Assembly (NCBI GenBank): GCA_032718475.1
Contig: JAUCBJ010001793.1
Span: 20,227 to 84,226, forward strand
Length of the DNA: 64,000 bases
Reading direction: 5' to 3'
Source: Nemertoderma westbladi
Lineage: Eukaryota; Animalia; Xenacoelomorpha
Under the pieces are notes generated by a model, which was not told where the DNA came from, searched no databases, and saw only the letters and a program-made list of their open reading frames with translations. Position 1 is the stretch's first letter. Each line of letters opens with the position of its first letter. A program made the translations under genes and the position numbers. Of this stretch, positions 48,414 to 59,770 are shown piece after piece.

Positions 48414-49403
48414 GGGAACTTTTGGACAAACCGAGTGAGGGGAACTTTGGACGAACCGGGTGAGGGGAACTTTGGACGAACCGGGTGAGGGGAACTTTGG
48501 ACGAACCGGGTGAGGGGAACTTTGGACGAACCGGGTGAGGGGAACTTTGGACGAACCGGGTGAGGGGAACTTTTGGACGAACCGGGTGAGGGGAACTTTG
48601 GACGAACCGAGTGAGGGTAACTTTGGACGAACCGGGTGAGGTGAACTTTGGACGAACCGGGTGAGGGGAACTTTGGACGAACCGAGTGAGGGGAACTTTG
48701 GACGAACCGAGTGAGGGGAACTTTGGACGAACCGAGTGAGGGGAACTTTGGACGAACCGAGTGAGGGGAACTTTGGACGAACCGAGTGAGGGTAACTTTG
48801 GACGAATCGGGTGAGGGGAACTTTTGGACGAACCGGGTGAGGGGAACTTTGGACGAACCGAGTGAGGGGAACTTTGGACGAACCGAGTGAGGGGAACTTT
48901 GGACGAACCGGGTGAGGGGAACTTTGGACGAACCGAGTGAGGGGAACTTTGGACGAACCGAGTGAGGGTAACTTTGGACGAACCGGGTGAGGGAACTTTG
49001 GACGAACCGGGTGAGGGGAACTTTTGGACGAACCGGGTGAGGGGAACTTTGGACGAACCGAGTGAGGGGAACTTTGGACGAACCGAGTGAGGGTAACTTT
49101 GGACGAACCGGGTGAGGGGAACTTTGGACGAACCGGGTGAGGGGAACTTTTGGACGAACCGGGTGAGGGGAACTTTGGACGAACCGAGTGAGGGTAACTT
49201 TGGACGAACCGGGTGAGGCGAACTTTGGACGAACCGAGTGAGGGGAACTTTGGACGAACCGGGTGAGGGGAACTTTGGACGAACCGAGTGAGGGGAACTT
49301 TGGACGAACCGAGTGAGGGGAACTTTGGACGAACCGAGTGAGGGGAACTTTGGACGAACCGGGTGAGGGGAACTTTGGACGAACCGGGTGAGGGGAACTT
49401 TGG
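48414..49403. repeat. 25-bp minisatellite (GGGGAACTTTGGACGAACCG(G/A)GTGA)n, about 39 copies
   Basis: Directly visible; the 25-aa periodic ORFs equal three 25-nt units. Confidence 0.98.
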
Positions 49404-49974
49404 ATCCGTTAGGAAACAAAGTGGCCTCGAAATTTTGTTATTGCGGCCAAAATTGGGAGCAACAATACTAACAAATAGTCTTGAAATTAGTCTTAACACA
49501 GTTTAACAACGTCTTAATAGTCAAACGCGGTTTTTGGTCTACCAACAGTGCAACAGTCGTAAAGTGCTTGATTCAGCCTTCACGCAACTTGGCTCTTTGC
49601 AAACACTCGGTTATCTCAATGTCCAAACATGTGGTTATCCCCTTTGGGCATATGAGATTAGCGAAACTTTACAACTATAGAGCCACTTTGTAAAGAGCGC
49701 AAAGTAGTGGGGCCCTGAGTGAAGACTGGCGGTCTGCTACCGAGCTAACTAGCAGAGCTGGTGTAAGAGTTGGCGCACTCAGAAGAGTTTGCCAGAGGCT
49801 CTCCCCGCCCCAGAAAGAGCTAGTTAGCCAATTAGTCCCAATACTAACTTTGCCGAATGAGTATGCCAGAAACACACTGAGTAAAAATGGCGAAAACGCC
49901 GGGTTTGGCGGGGTCAGAGGTCATCATGATTGTTGCATAAATTAGTAAGTTTCCCGTTAAACCGTAGTTAAAAG

Positions 49975-50350
49975 TTATAATTAATAAACAATTAAGTTAT
50001 AGCCATAAATGGTCTAGCCCCAAAATACATCCTAGATCTCCTTACACCAAACTTCAACCCAACAAGGACGGAACTCCTTTGGACTCTAAAAGTACCAAAT
50101 TTCAAACTGAAAACATTCGGCGCCCGATCATTCACCTATGCAGCTCCAACAGTCTCAATTTTCAAACTCGAACCGCCACTGCCTGACAACTTTCCGCAGC
50201 CTTCTAAAAACCGAACTCTTTAATAGGGCTTTTCATATTTAAACTAAACTTTCGGACACAATCTTTGAAATTTAACAGCGCTTTAGAACCAATACATGGA
50301 TTAAGCGCGATATAAGTGAATGATTTATTATTATTATTATTAATAATAAT
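49975..50350 (+). mobile_element. L2-clade LINE 3' end
   Basis: NGLAPKYILDLL, KLKTFGARSFTYAAPT and LKTELF, then gcgcgatataagt and a (TAT)n tail. Confidence 0.75.
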
Positions 50351-50792
50351 ATTGCTTTATTCTTTCAATCATTGTTATCACTCCGGACGAGCGAGTTGGG
50401 ACCCGCCTGGGCCCTGTTATCCAGGGGTCCATTCCATCCAAGACAGTGTACGTGGATCTTACTACTCCGAATTGGATTTTTAATTACCCTGGATGTAAGG
50501 CTGTGTTATTTTAAATGGACCGCCAAGTAGAGTAGGTTGAGTGGTCTAATTAATAGTGCCTGGATATTAGTTGTCTGCATTTGGGTGGAAATAAATTTAT
50601 TGGGTCGTAAATTGGTTTTAATATATTTATTATCCAGGTCCTGTAATCAACATGAATATGAATGAAATTCCGTCTTCTAAAATGAAGGTCCGTCTAGGGG
50701 GTGGGGAGCGTTTTCAGGTCCGCGTAGCGAGACCTCTAGTATTCACTACGTTGTTGTTGTTAATTTCTCGTTAGGTCTTGGTATTAAGGATT

Positions 50793-51135
50793 GATACCAT
50801 TAGCTCAGTTGGCGGCCCATGTGAAGAAAACCAGACTTTCTGCCGTTATATTTCACTTGTTGAAGAATACCTGTTTTTCACAAAAAACACAGGTTACAGA
50901 AGGGCTGAATCTAACCAAAACAATAAACGAATTAGTATATGTACAGGTTATAAGACAGAAATAAGCGCTATAAAATACTTAATATAGATAAATTAAAAAA
51001 ATATAAAATCTTCATATATAAAATTCCAATAAAAAGTCGACCGAACAGTGAAATCCTGGTATTCTTCACATGGGCGCAGTTGGCAGAGCGTGGGACTTGG
51101 AATCTCTAGGTACCGAGTTCAATCCCCCATTCCGG
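50793..51135 (+). pseudogene. tRNA-derived SINE head or tRNA pseudogene split by the MITE
   Basis: Removing the MITE and one duplication restores TAGCTCAGTTGGCAGAGCGTGGGACTTGGAATCTCTAGGTACCGAGTTCAATCCC (A box, anticodon-like arm, B box). Confidence 0.6.
50814..51076. mobile_element. 263-bp MITE with an 8-bp duplication (Merlin- or hAT-like), inserted in a tRNA-derived head
   Basis: CAGTTGGC|GGCCCATGTGAAGAAAACCAG ... CTGGTATTCTTCACATGGGCG|CAGTTGGC. Confidence 0.8.
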
Positions 51136-51389
51136 TGAATGTTTTTTATTGTAAGATTGGTAGTAAGCCATTCAACCAGGCAGCTCATGCGTTAGTAGAC
51201 GCGGACCTTTGCGTGATTTCGCGCTTGTTTGTTTACAACCCAAGGGGGCTTCAAAACTAATTTACATTTACACTTTTAGTCACATCAGTATTAAATAAAA
51301 AAAATAAGGTAAATTATAATTTTCAAATTGCCTTTCACCTATACAGTATATAAGTTATATAAAGTTTGTTCTGGAATGAAAATAGCATT

Positions 51390-52433
51390 TCACTTTTTGG
51401 CACCCTTGCCGGGTTTATTAGAAGCAATCGCTGCCTCCGCCACAGAGAGCTTGGCGTTGAGTGGTAACGACAATGCGTTGATCTTGTCGTCAACAAAATC
51501 CTTGAGCTCGTCTATTTGTCCGGATATTGTCTCTGAAAGAACCTTTTTTAAGGCCTTCACAGCCTCTGGGTCCAACTCCTCCTCCACCTGTTCTACTTCC
51601 GGTGCCGCTACCGTGTCCCGACTCTCTTCCTCCACTTCCGGTTCACTTATGACGTCATCCCGCAACGGAGTTCCAGTCAGGGGGGTATCCGGTACACTAC
51701 CGACCGGTAACCCGGGGTAACTGAATTCTACGTCGAGTCGCACTTTAGGCGTCATGACGTATTTGTACAGCTTGTAATGCCGGAAGTAGGTGTCTGTCAC
51801 GTACTGAGCCACCGTCTGTATCTGCAGAGGAGTGAACAGCTGCAATGAGTAGGGAGGTCGTTTAACCCCGTGGTTCAGTAGTGACTCTTTGAAGTAGGTG
51901 AACGCCTGTGTAACATTAGTATACGGCGTCTCCGCGTTCACTTTATGAACGTTAACTATCATTGAAAACACTGCCGATGTTTGTTCGTTTGTAAATAATT
52001 CTCGTCTACAGAACTGAATCGTATAGAAATACAAGTCTAGGGTTATTTGCGAGCGGGGTTCTACATTTAAATTGAACATTTCCGCGAGATTGGAGCGAAG
52101 TTGTTCCGGGTTTTCCGCTCGCTGTAGCCGTTCTGCTTGAGGCAGTGTAAGGTGCTCCCAAAGACATATCTTGGGTTTGTGGAAGCGTGGGAGATTTGGT
52201 TTGTAGACAAGCTGATCCGAAGGAACCAACTCTGCCGGCTCTTGGTGCTCTAACTCCTCTTCAACAAGCTCCTCCACCGGTCTATCAACAGGGTCCACGC
52301 CTTCTTTTATTGGAGATGAATCTCGACTCTGTATCTCCGCGACTGCTACGTCGGATTCTTGCTTCGCAGATTCTCGTGTGTTCTCACCATTCGCATCACG
52401 AGTTTCCGTTTCATCAGGTTCTGACTGAGTCAT
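51390..52433 (-). CDS. CFAP119: Cilia- and flagella-associated protein 119 (CCDC189) homolog, single coding exon, 347 aa
   Basis: PKICLW, ITLDLYFYTIQFC, EQTSAVF, HGVKRPPYSLQLF and YVTDTYFRHYKLYKYVMTPKVRLD match the recalled CCDC189/CFAP119 core; acidic N-terminus. Confidence 0.92.
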   Translation of the reverse strand: MTQSEPDETETRDANGENTRESAKQESDVAVAEIQSRDSSPIKEGVDPVDRPVEELVEEELEHQEPAELVPSDQLVYKPNLPRFHKPKICLWEHLTLPQAERLQRAENPEQLRSNLAEMFNLNVEPRSQITLDLYFYTIQFCRRELFTNEQTSAVFSMIVNVHKVNAETPYTNVTQAFTYFKESLLNHGVKRPPYSLQLFTPLQIQTVAQYVTDTYFRHYKLYKYVMTPKVRLDVEFSYPGLPVGSVPDTPLTGTPLRDDVISEPEVEEESRDTVAAPEVEQVEEELDPEAVKALKKVLSETISGQIDELKDFVDDKINALSLPLNAKLSVAEAAIASNKPGKGAKK

Positions 52434-52657
52434 TATTGTAAAGTATAATTTATCAATTTAATTTGCTACAATAATTAATTTAATTATTGCTTACCGATAC
52501 ATACCAGTAGTAAAAGTAATAATTATAATAATATCGGTACGAAATGAAATAAAATAAAACCAATTCGTTACACACGCCAGTAGGCTACTTAATGTACAGG
52601 ATTATCAATATCAGTTAAGATGCCCATCTTATTTGGCATCCTATTTACAGCGTCGTT

Positions 52658-52671
52658 ATTACCATGGCAAC
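52658..52671 (-). promoter_or_regulatory. RFX X-box upstream of CFAP119
   Basis: GTTGCCATGGTAAT on the minus strand, 225 bp upstream of the ATG of a ciliary gene. Confidence 0.7.
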
Positions 52672-52714
52672 ATTTGAATCGATTTATGGCGGGATATTTA
52701 ACATCATGTATATA

Positions 52715-53731
52715 CACCATTTCCCAGAATATAGTGTCGTAATTCAGTGACACGGCCCCCAACCCCCCTAATTTTTTTACAAATCGTAATGAGATTGCAT
52801 GAAATTTGAAACCGAGATAGTTTCACCTCCCGACCACTGACTGGCTGAGCCAGAAGTTTTATTTTCGCTTTCATTCTTTAGCTACAAGCGTTTAAAAAAA
52901 GTGTCCCCAGCGATATTACACCAGTTACACCGCAGTTATTCTTCGACCTTATAGTGATTTGTTGGTACTGATAAAAAGCTGACCGTATAAGGATTCCAAA
53001 TATGTAAGACAATTTGAATTTCGTTGAAAAATAGCGGAGATATGGGCATTCAAATTTTGCATGGTTTTGCACCGGCGCGAGGTTATTTTACTCTATTTAA
53101 TCAAGGACTGCTATACTACTATATATATATTATATAGATATACTACTATATATACTACTAGTATAGTAGTATAGCAGTCCTTGTATTTAATATATAAACC
53201 ATATTCTGGAACATTTTTTAAATGTATGAATAGCTAAGTAATAGTATGATTAAAGATGTAATGCATTGTTGCCCAGCTACGTATTTGGATAAACAAAATA
53301 TTCCAGATTATGATGTATTTATTAAATAGAATAAAATAGCCTCGCGGAGGTCCATAAACATGCAACATTTGAACGCCCATATCTCCGCTATTTTTCAACG
53401 AAATTCAAATTGTCTTACATATTTGGAATCCTTGTACGGTCAGCTTTTTATCAGTACCAACTGTCAGTACCAGTACAACTACCAACCTCACTATAAGGTT
53501 GAAAAATAACTGCGGTGTAACTGGTGTAATATCGCTGGAGACACTTTTTTTAAACACATGTAGCTAAAGATTGAAAGCAAAAATAAAAATTCTGGCTCAC
53601 CCAGTCAGTGGTCGGGAGGTGAAACTATCTCTGTTTCAAATTTCATGCAATCTCATTACGATTTGTAAAAAAAAATTAGGGAGGGGGGGGCCAGGTACCT
53701 GAATAACGACACTATATTCTGGGACATGGTG
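52715..53731. mobile_element. Foldback MITE, sister of 31602-32525
   Basis: TA|CACCATTTCCCAGAATATAGTGTCGT ... ACGACACTATATTCTGGGACATGGTG|TA with long mirrored arms. Confidence 0.9.
53102..53183. mobile_element. 82-bp mini inverted-repeat element with an 8-bp duplication
   Basis: TATTTAAT|CAAGGACTGCTATACTACTATA ... TATAGTAGTATAGCAGTCCTTG|TATTTAAT; absent from the sister MITE at ~32005. Confidence 0.85.
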
Positions 53732-53971
53732 TAATAGCAGTATTATAATTGATTGATTGATTAATTGAACATCGGGGCTAACGCCCCCAGCGGCTATAAT
53801 AATATCATTATAATGTATACAACTATATGTACATCTATCCAATCACGCAAGATTACGACATACAGGTAGTCACCATTAACTTAATATTTCAATAAAGTCA
53901 TTTATAAGACAGTAGTACACTTTATGAGTTATAAGTTTATAACTCCTTTATAATACAGTACACTTTATGTA

Positions 53972-54431
53972 CACCATCTCCCGTAATACAACAATCATTT
54001 TTAGCATGTCAGAGCCACCCCCCCCCCCCCCCTCCTAATGTTTTTCAAATTCCAATCATATGCTACTAAATTTGGTATGAAGGTAGTTCAATGGCAATAT
54101 TTGCCACCTCCGTCGGCTTTATTTGTCGTCATGAGAACTGCCTTCATCTGCAGATTCCGATTCTGAAAACCGGTCTAAATATTACCAAAAATAACCAGAG
54201 ATATATAAGTGGTCTAAAAGGTCTAAATACTAAGTGTAAATTTTCAGTAATCAATTCTAGAATATTAATTACGCGTAATGAAGAAACAAGATGGAGAGTT
54301 TTAAAAGCTTAACTAAATAATAATTAATATTCTAGAATAAAGATAAAAAAAATATTAGAATTATAGCGATTTACGTCTCAAAATTGACACCTTAGTATTT
54401 TGATAATATCTCCGGCATAATAAATATGGTG
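53972..54431. mobile_element. Deleted relative of the 28777-30092 MITE
   Basis: TA|CACCATCTCCCGTAATACAACAATCATT, shared cagattccga..ctgaaaacc, ends ATGGTG|TA. Confidence 0.6.
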
Positions 54432-54600
54432 TAACAGCAAAAGACTTCCTCCTCAATTTTAAGCAAATATCTGGTTTTAGATACAGTGGAAAAACTGTAC
54501 TACTGTAAATTTATAATTTATTGTTGTCGCTTTGGCCACGTATTTACCATATATTTGGTGAACATAAATTAGGAGTAGCAGTTGATCGTTAAAGATTACT

Positions 54601-55845
54601 TCCCATCCCATCCCATCCCATCCCATCCCATCCCATCCCATCCCATCCCATCCCATCCCATCCCATCCCATCCCATCCCATCCCATCCCATCCCATCCCA
54701 TCACATCCCAACCCACCCCATCCCATCCCATCCCATCCCATCCCATCCCTTCCCATCCCATCCCATCACATCCCACCCCATCCCATCCCATCCCAACCCA
54801 TCCCATCCCATCCCATCCCATCCCATCCTATCTCATCCCATCTCATCCCATCCCATCCCATCCCATCCCACCCCACCCCACCCCACCCCATCCCATCCCA
54901 TCCCATCCCATCCCATCCCATCCCATCCCACCCCATCCCATCCCATCCCATCCCATCCCATCCCATCCCTTCCCATCCCATCCCAACCCATCCCATCCCA
55001 TCCCATCCCATCCCACCCTACCCCATGCCATCCCAACCCATCCCATCCCATCCCATCCCATCCCATCCCATCCCATCCCATCCCATCCCATCCCATCCCA
55101 TCCCATCCCATCCCATCCCATCCCATCCCATCCCATCCCATCCCATCCCATCCCATCCCATCCCATCCCATCCCATCCCATCCCATCCCATCCCATCCCA
55201 TCCCATCCCATCCCATCCCACCCCATCCCATCCCTTCCCATCCCATCCCATCCCATCCCACCCCATCCCATCCCATCCCAACCCATCCCATCCCATCCCA
55301 TCCCATCCCATCCCATCCCATCCCATCCCATCCCATCCCTTCCCATCCCATCGCATCCCATCCCATCACATCCCATCCCAACCCATCCCATCCCATCCCA
55401 TCCCATCCCATCCCATCCCATCCCATCCCATCCCATCCCATCCCAAACCAAACCAAACCAACCCATCCCATCCCATCCCATCCCATCCCAACACACCCCA
55501 TGCCATCCCATCCCATCCCATCCCAGCCCATCCCATCCCATCCCATCCCATCCCATCCCATCCCATCCCATCCCATCCCATCCCATCCCATCCCATCCCA
55601 ACCCATCCCATCCCAACCCATCCCATCCCATCCCATCCCATCCCATCCCATACCACCCCATCCCAACCCATCCCATCCCCCCAAACCAACCCATCCCATC
55701 CCATCCCATCCCATCCCAACACACCCCATGCCATCCCATCCCATCCCATCCCATCCCATCCCATCCCATCCCATCCCATCCCATCCCATCCCATCCCATC
55801 CCATACCATCCCATCCCAACCCATCCCATCCCATCCCATCCCATC
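54601..55845. repeat. (TCCCA)n pentanucleotide array, about 1.25 kb
   Basis: Directly visible. Confidence 0.98.
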
Positions 55846-57329
55846 TGTAAAAGCTTTTGTGGGATAACTGATTCGTTTGCCTTGTTGGCCAGTTCCCCCC
55901 CAGTCGCTAAGAATACTCTCAAAGTGATCTATAGTTAAAAATAGTGCAAGTTACCAGCTTATTGGCTGATTTGCTGTACGCAGGCATCTGGGCTCTGTTT
56001 AATCGGCCAACAAGCCTAGGGAGGTTGCGTCATAGCCTTGTTTTTGTATCTCCCAATAGAATTTGAGTTAGCCTTGATTTTGACCTATCACAGAGCTGCT
56101 GAACTGAAAATTTCCTATCTCACTGCTCTTTCTCTGTGTTGAACGGGAGCTTCGTGGAATAAGGGAGTTGGTATCCTCGTATAGAGCAGTAGTCACGAGT
56201 TTTTCAAAGCCACGAAAGAACGGCTTTTTAGTGTTTTATGTTTTCTGCTTTTTAGCGCAACACTAGTAGGTTTAATTATAAGGACATATATCCTTTAACT
56301 GCACCTCGCATTTAACTCGCATTTGACACACCGTAGTCACGGCCTTTAATAACTGGCTTTGTGAATACTGCATACTGCTATTTGTTGTCGGTTATTCATT
56401 ATATTTGTTGATGAATTATTATATTGGAATAACGAGAAATAACCCGACACCCAATATTCTTGATATACCGAAGGTAAGAGAGAAAGGTTACAGATAAACG
56501 ATTGTGACTTATGTTAAAGTGGTTTGAAGTGAATCTAATGTTATTTGATAGACCCTACATGAGTCAGTCTGTGTTCCTTTTATATGTGACTAAAATCAGT
56601 GAAGATCGGCAGATTAGTGTGCAGTATTGTGCAGCATTGTGTATGAGTGAGTCTGTTAAAGAAGCATTCCTAAAGAATGCGCCATATATGTGAATTATAA
56701 TTAAGCCATATCGTTGTGAGTAGTTTAAGTCATAACTCTGTTTATGTAGATAAAGCGCCACGTCCTAAAGGAACTGTTAATATTACCGAAGGTGAATAAT
56801 ATTGTCAGAGATTATATAATACTGTCAGTCGAATAATACATTAGGCTTACATAGCAATAAAATTAAACCGTCGAACCCAATCTCCCGGGAATATCCAGCG
56901 GGTGAATGGTCGCGCACGGATTGGTTTCGACTAGTGTAGTGAATCAAATACTTGTCATAGGCTAAAAAGCGATTTATTATCTAGAAGACATTCTAATTTG
57001 GCGGGTTAAACTGCCAAAGGTCTGAAAGCGCGAACATTAAAGGATATAGCTTCTATATTGCAGTAGGCAATAAAGCTGAAGTACTGGCAACCGGTACCCA
57101 GTAGGCCTGACTACCTAACCACCCGGACCGGTACCTACAGCAGTACAGGTACAGCAGTATTATTCGATTTTGATAGTTATATACCGGTAGGCCTTAATAA
57201 TTAATCAGGGAGGGCCCGCCCTGGTTTTTTATTGAGATTTTTACTTATTTCTGTCAAGTTTTATTTGTTTGTAGGCCAGTATTGAACAGAAGGCGTGTAA
57301 GCCTGATCAGATTGTACAGACAATTTGTA

Positions 57330-57900
57330 GGCTGAGCTGTTGTCTGATTGCTGTTAAGTCCGAACGAATTGCAGTGTGTGTAGATCACCTGTCCGATTAA
57401 GTACGGTTAGGAAGTAGGGGCAGCGAACGCTGTAAGGTAAACCCCCAACTAAAGAATAAGTCGCACTACTGGGTTAGAGCGCATACTCCCTAATCATTTC
57501 GGAGTCTGCATGTCCTGTAGTTTATTTGGGCTTGAGAGTAGTCTGCCATCGTTTAGTCTGTACTTTGTTTGTGTGAGTCTGTACGGGTAGCGTATAATTT
57601 TATTTAGATAATTTGTAGGCTGGATAGTTGTCTGTCTGTTATTAGGTCTGAACGGATTGCAGTGTGTGTAGAGCCCTTGTCCGATAAAGAACGGTTGGGA
57701 AGTTGGGGTAGCCATTGCTGTAAAGTAAACCCCCAATTAAAGAATAAGTCGTACTACTGGGTTAGAACGCATACTACCTAACTATTTCGGAGTCTGCATG
57801 TCCTGTAGTTTATTTAGGCTTGATAGTAGTCTGTCAGTATTTAGTCTGCATTTTTGTTTGAGTGGTTTGTACGCGTAGCGTAATATTTATTATTCAGAGT
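57330..57900. repeat. ~288-bp diverged tandem duplication in the retrotransposon leader
   Basis: gaacg.attgcagtgtgtgtaga...aaagaataagtcg.actactgggttaga...tttcggagtctgcatgtcctgtagtttattt at 57362 and 57650. Confidence 0.9.
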
Positions 57901-59210
57901 TTATGCGATTATTCGCAACATTCAAGTCCCCAAGTTTGTTCCTACAGTAATTGTGTTTGTTATACATACCGCTATAGTTAAATTAACCCCGGTACTACAC
58001 GGGCTGCTCGGCGTAGGTAAAGACTGGTGATTTTGTGCATCGGTCACTCCAGCAGATGCCGTGGTTCTTTTAGCTGTTCAAGTATATTTAACTACTGATT
58101 ATCTGTTGTACAAGTACTCGTACCTAATTTAGGGTTTAGTGTACAGTACTTTCCGAAGTAATTAGTGTAGACATTATATCTGTGTTGTAAAGTGGTTGAT
58201 AGGCACATTCGATTAGCTCTATTAACTTCTAGGTAGGAACACTCCGTGATACATAACGTAGAACCTATAGCGATACGGCTATAGGTCGTCAGGCGGTGGT
58301 ATTTTCCTATCTAGACAACGCAGTGTATTTACTACTACTTATTATTTCAAATACCGTAGTACCCTGTCCGTTGTAATAACCGGTATTCTAACCCTTTGTT
58401 AGGCTGGTTTGTAGACTTCTTGTAAAATTACCCTGAAATTCGTATTTTGTGTGTTTTATAAATTTTTGTGTTTATTTAGAGATTGTAATCTCACCCGAAT
58501 TGTACGTAATTTGTAGTATTAAGTAACTTAGGTAAATTAGAATTATTTGTTTTAGTGTCCTATAAGTAACACTTCACTGAAAGCGCACCGCTTTGTGTAG
58601 TGATTACTCCCCAGAAATAATAACATTTATTTCAAACATTGACAAAACCCATTAAAACGGGTATATATATATTATAAATCAAATCTAACGATTTATAAAT
58701 AGTAGGCCTACCATACAACCATTAGGTCTCAATATCAGTTGGATTACTGCTCAAATAACGGTAGTAAAGTAAGTAAAGTAATCAAGTAACCCTAAAATAC
58801 AGAAATTCAATTATTTAAAATAATTGATATACCGGTATTTACGATAGGCCTATTATCTTTATTTCTATAAATTTAGGCTGAAATTATACCGGTACTTATA
58901 ATTAATTCTAGTCCAGAATTATATAAACTACAAAACTGTAAACTGTATACCGGTATTCCCGATAGGCCTATTATATATTTATATATATTTGTGCTAAAAT
59001 TATACCGGTATTCTGTGATAAACCTAGTCTGTAATAATACTTATATAGTTATATATACCATAAGCATACCGGTATTATAATATATTATATATCACGCTAC
59101 ACTGAGTAGCAGTAACGGTAATTAATTACTAGGCTAGCAGTTAATACTGAGTTACTAGACTTGCTTAGACTGTAATATAGCAGTAGGCATTCAACTGTAC
59201 ATACCTAGTC

Positions 59211-59717
59211 ATGTCTGATACTAAGCAGAACCTGTCAGACAGTTTATTAGATGTAACCATCTGCAACTCAGATCGAGACGTACAACCGTCTGGTCGTAAG
59301 TTCAGTTCACCTCCCACTGTGAGGAAGGTCATCCCTCCAGTAGTAATAACAGAACCTAGGCTAGTCCAACATCGTAGGTCTATCATAGGCACCCGAGCTC
59401 AGGTCAAGCGGGACCAACAAGCAGCGGAACAGCAACAACCCGCTAGTCAAGAACCTATTCCTCAGCGGCCCAGCAGCTCCAGTAGTGAGGATACTGTAGA
59501 GCTGACACCCGAGCGCGGAGCAGAGATGACGGATGCGGTTTATACGGATCCCCTTCTCATCCTTCCTGCAGCCGTACTCACTAGGTTATTGATCGCTGTG
59601 GAAGAACACCAGATCGATTGGGCGAGAAGCCAGCGTTCAACTAGAGATAGTTATGCTGGATACACAAGAGAAGAACTGAAGTCCATGGTCGAGTCGCAAG
59701 ATTCTTCAGCTCTATAG
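59211..59717 (+). CDS. BEL/Pao polyprotein, N-terminal segment (frameshifted from the main ORF)
   Basis: ATG-initiated 168-aa ORF whose end overlaps the open -1 frame (open from 59651) that leads into 59771-63550. Confidence 0.6.
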   Translation: MSDTKQNLSDSLLDVTICNSDRDVQPSGRKFSSPPTVRKVIPPVVITEPRLVQHRRSIIGTRAQVKRDQQAAEQQQPASQEPIPQRPSSSSSEDTVELTPERGAEMTDAVYTDPLLILPAAVLTRLLIAVEEHQIDWARSQRSTRDSYAGYTREELKSMVESQDSSAL

Positions 59718-59770
59718 AGCGATTAAAAGAACAACTGTTTCAACAACCTCAAGGACCTCAAGAGCAGGGA

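Noticed and set aside
42081-49499. CRISPR-like appearance of the 25-27-bp repeat arrays
   Set aside because: Units are head-to-tail with no unique spacers, there are no cas genes, and the context is eukaryotic.
50776-50987. Candidate fifth stabilin exon after ttaatttctcgttag
   Set aside because: The translation has no FAS1 motif and the region is a tRNA-like head plus MITE.
25256-55922. Long ORFs in tandem arrays (SEEVT, TTTLHYDY, GKSVEGFTV, SSPHPVRPK, SHPIP/GWDGM)
   Set aside because: They are translations of stop-free repeat units, open in several frames at once, with no splice or domain support.
57330-57900. Possible ribozyme in the duplicated BEL leader
   Set aside because: No hammerhead core or HDV-like pattern could be found by eye.
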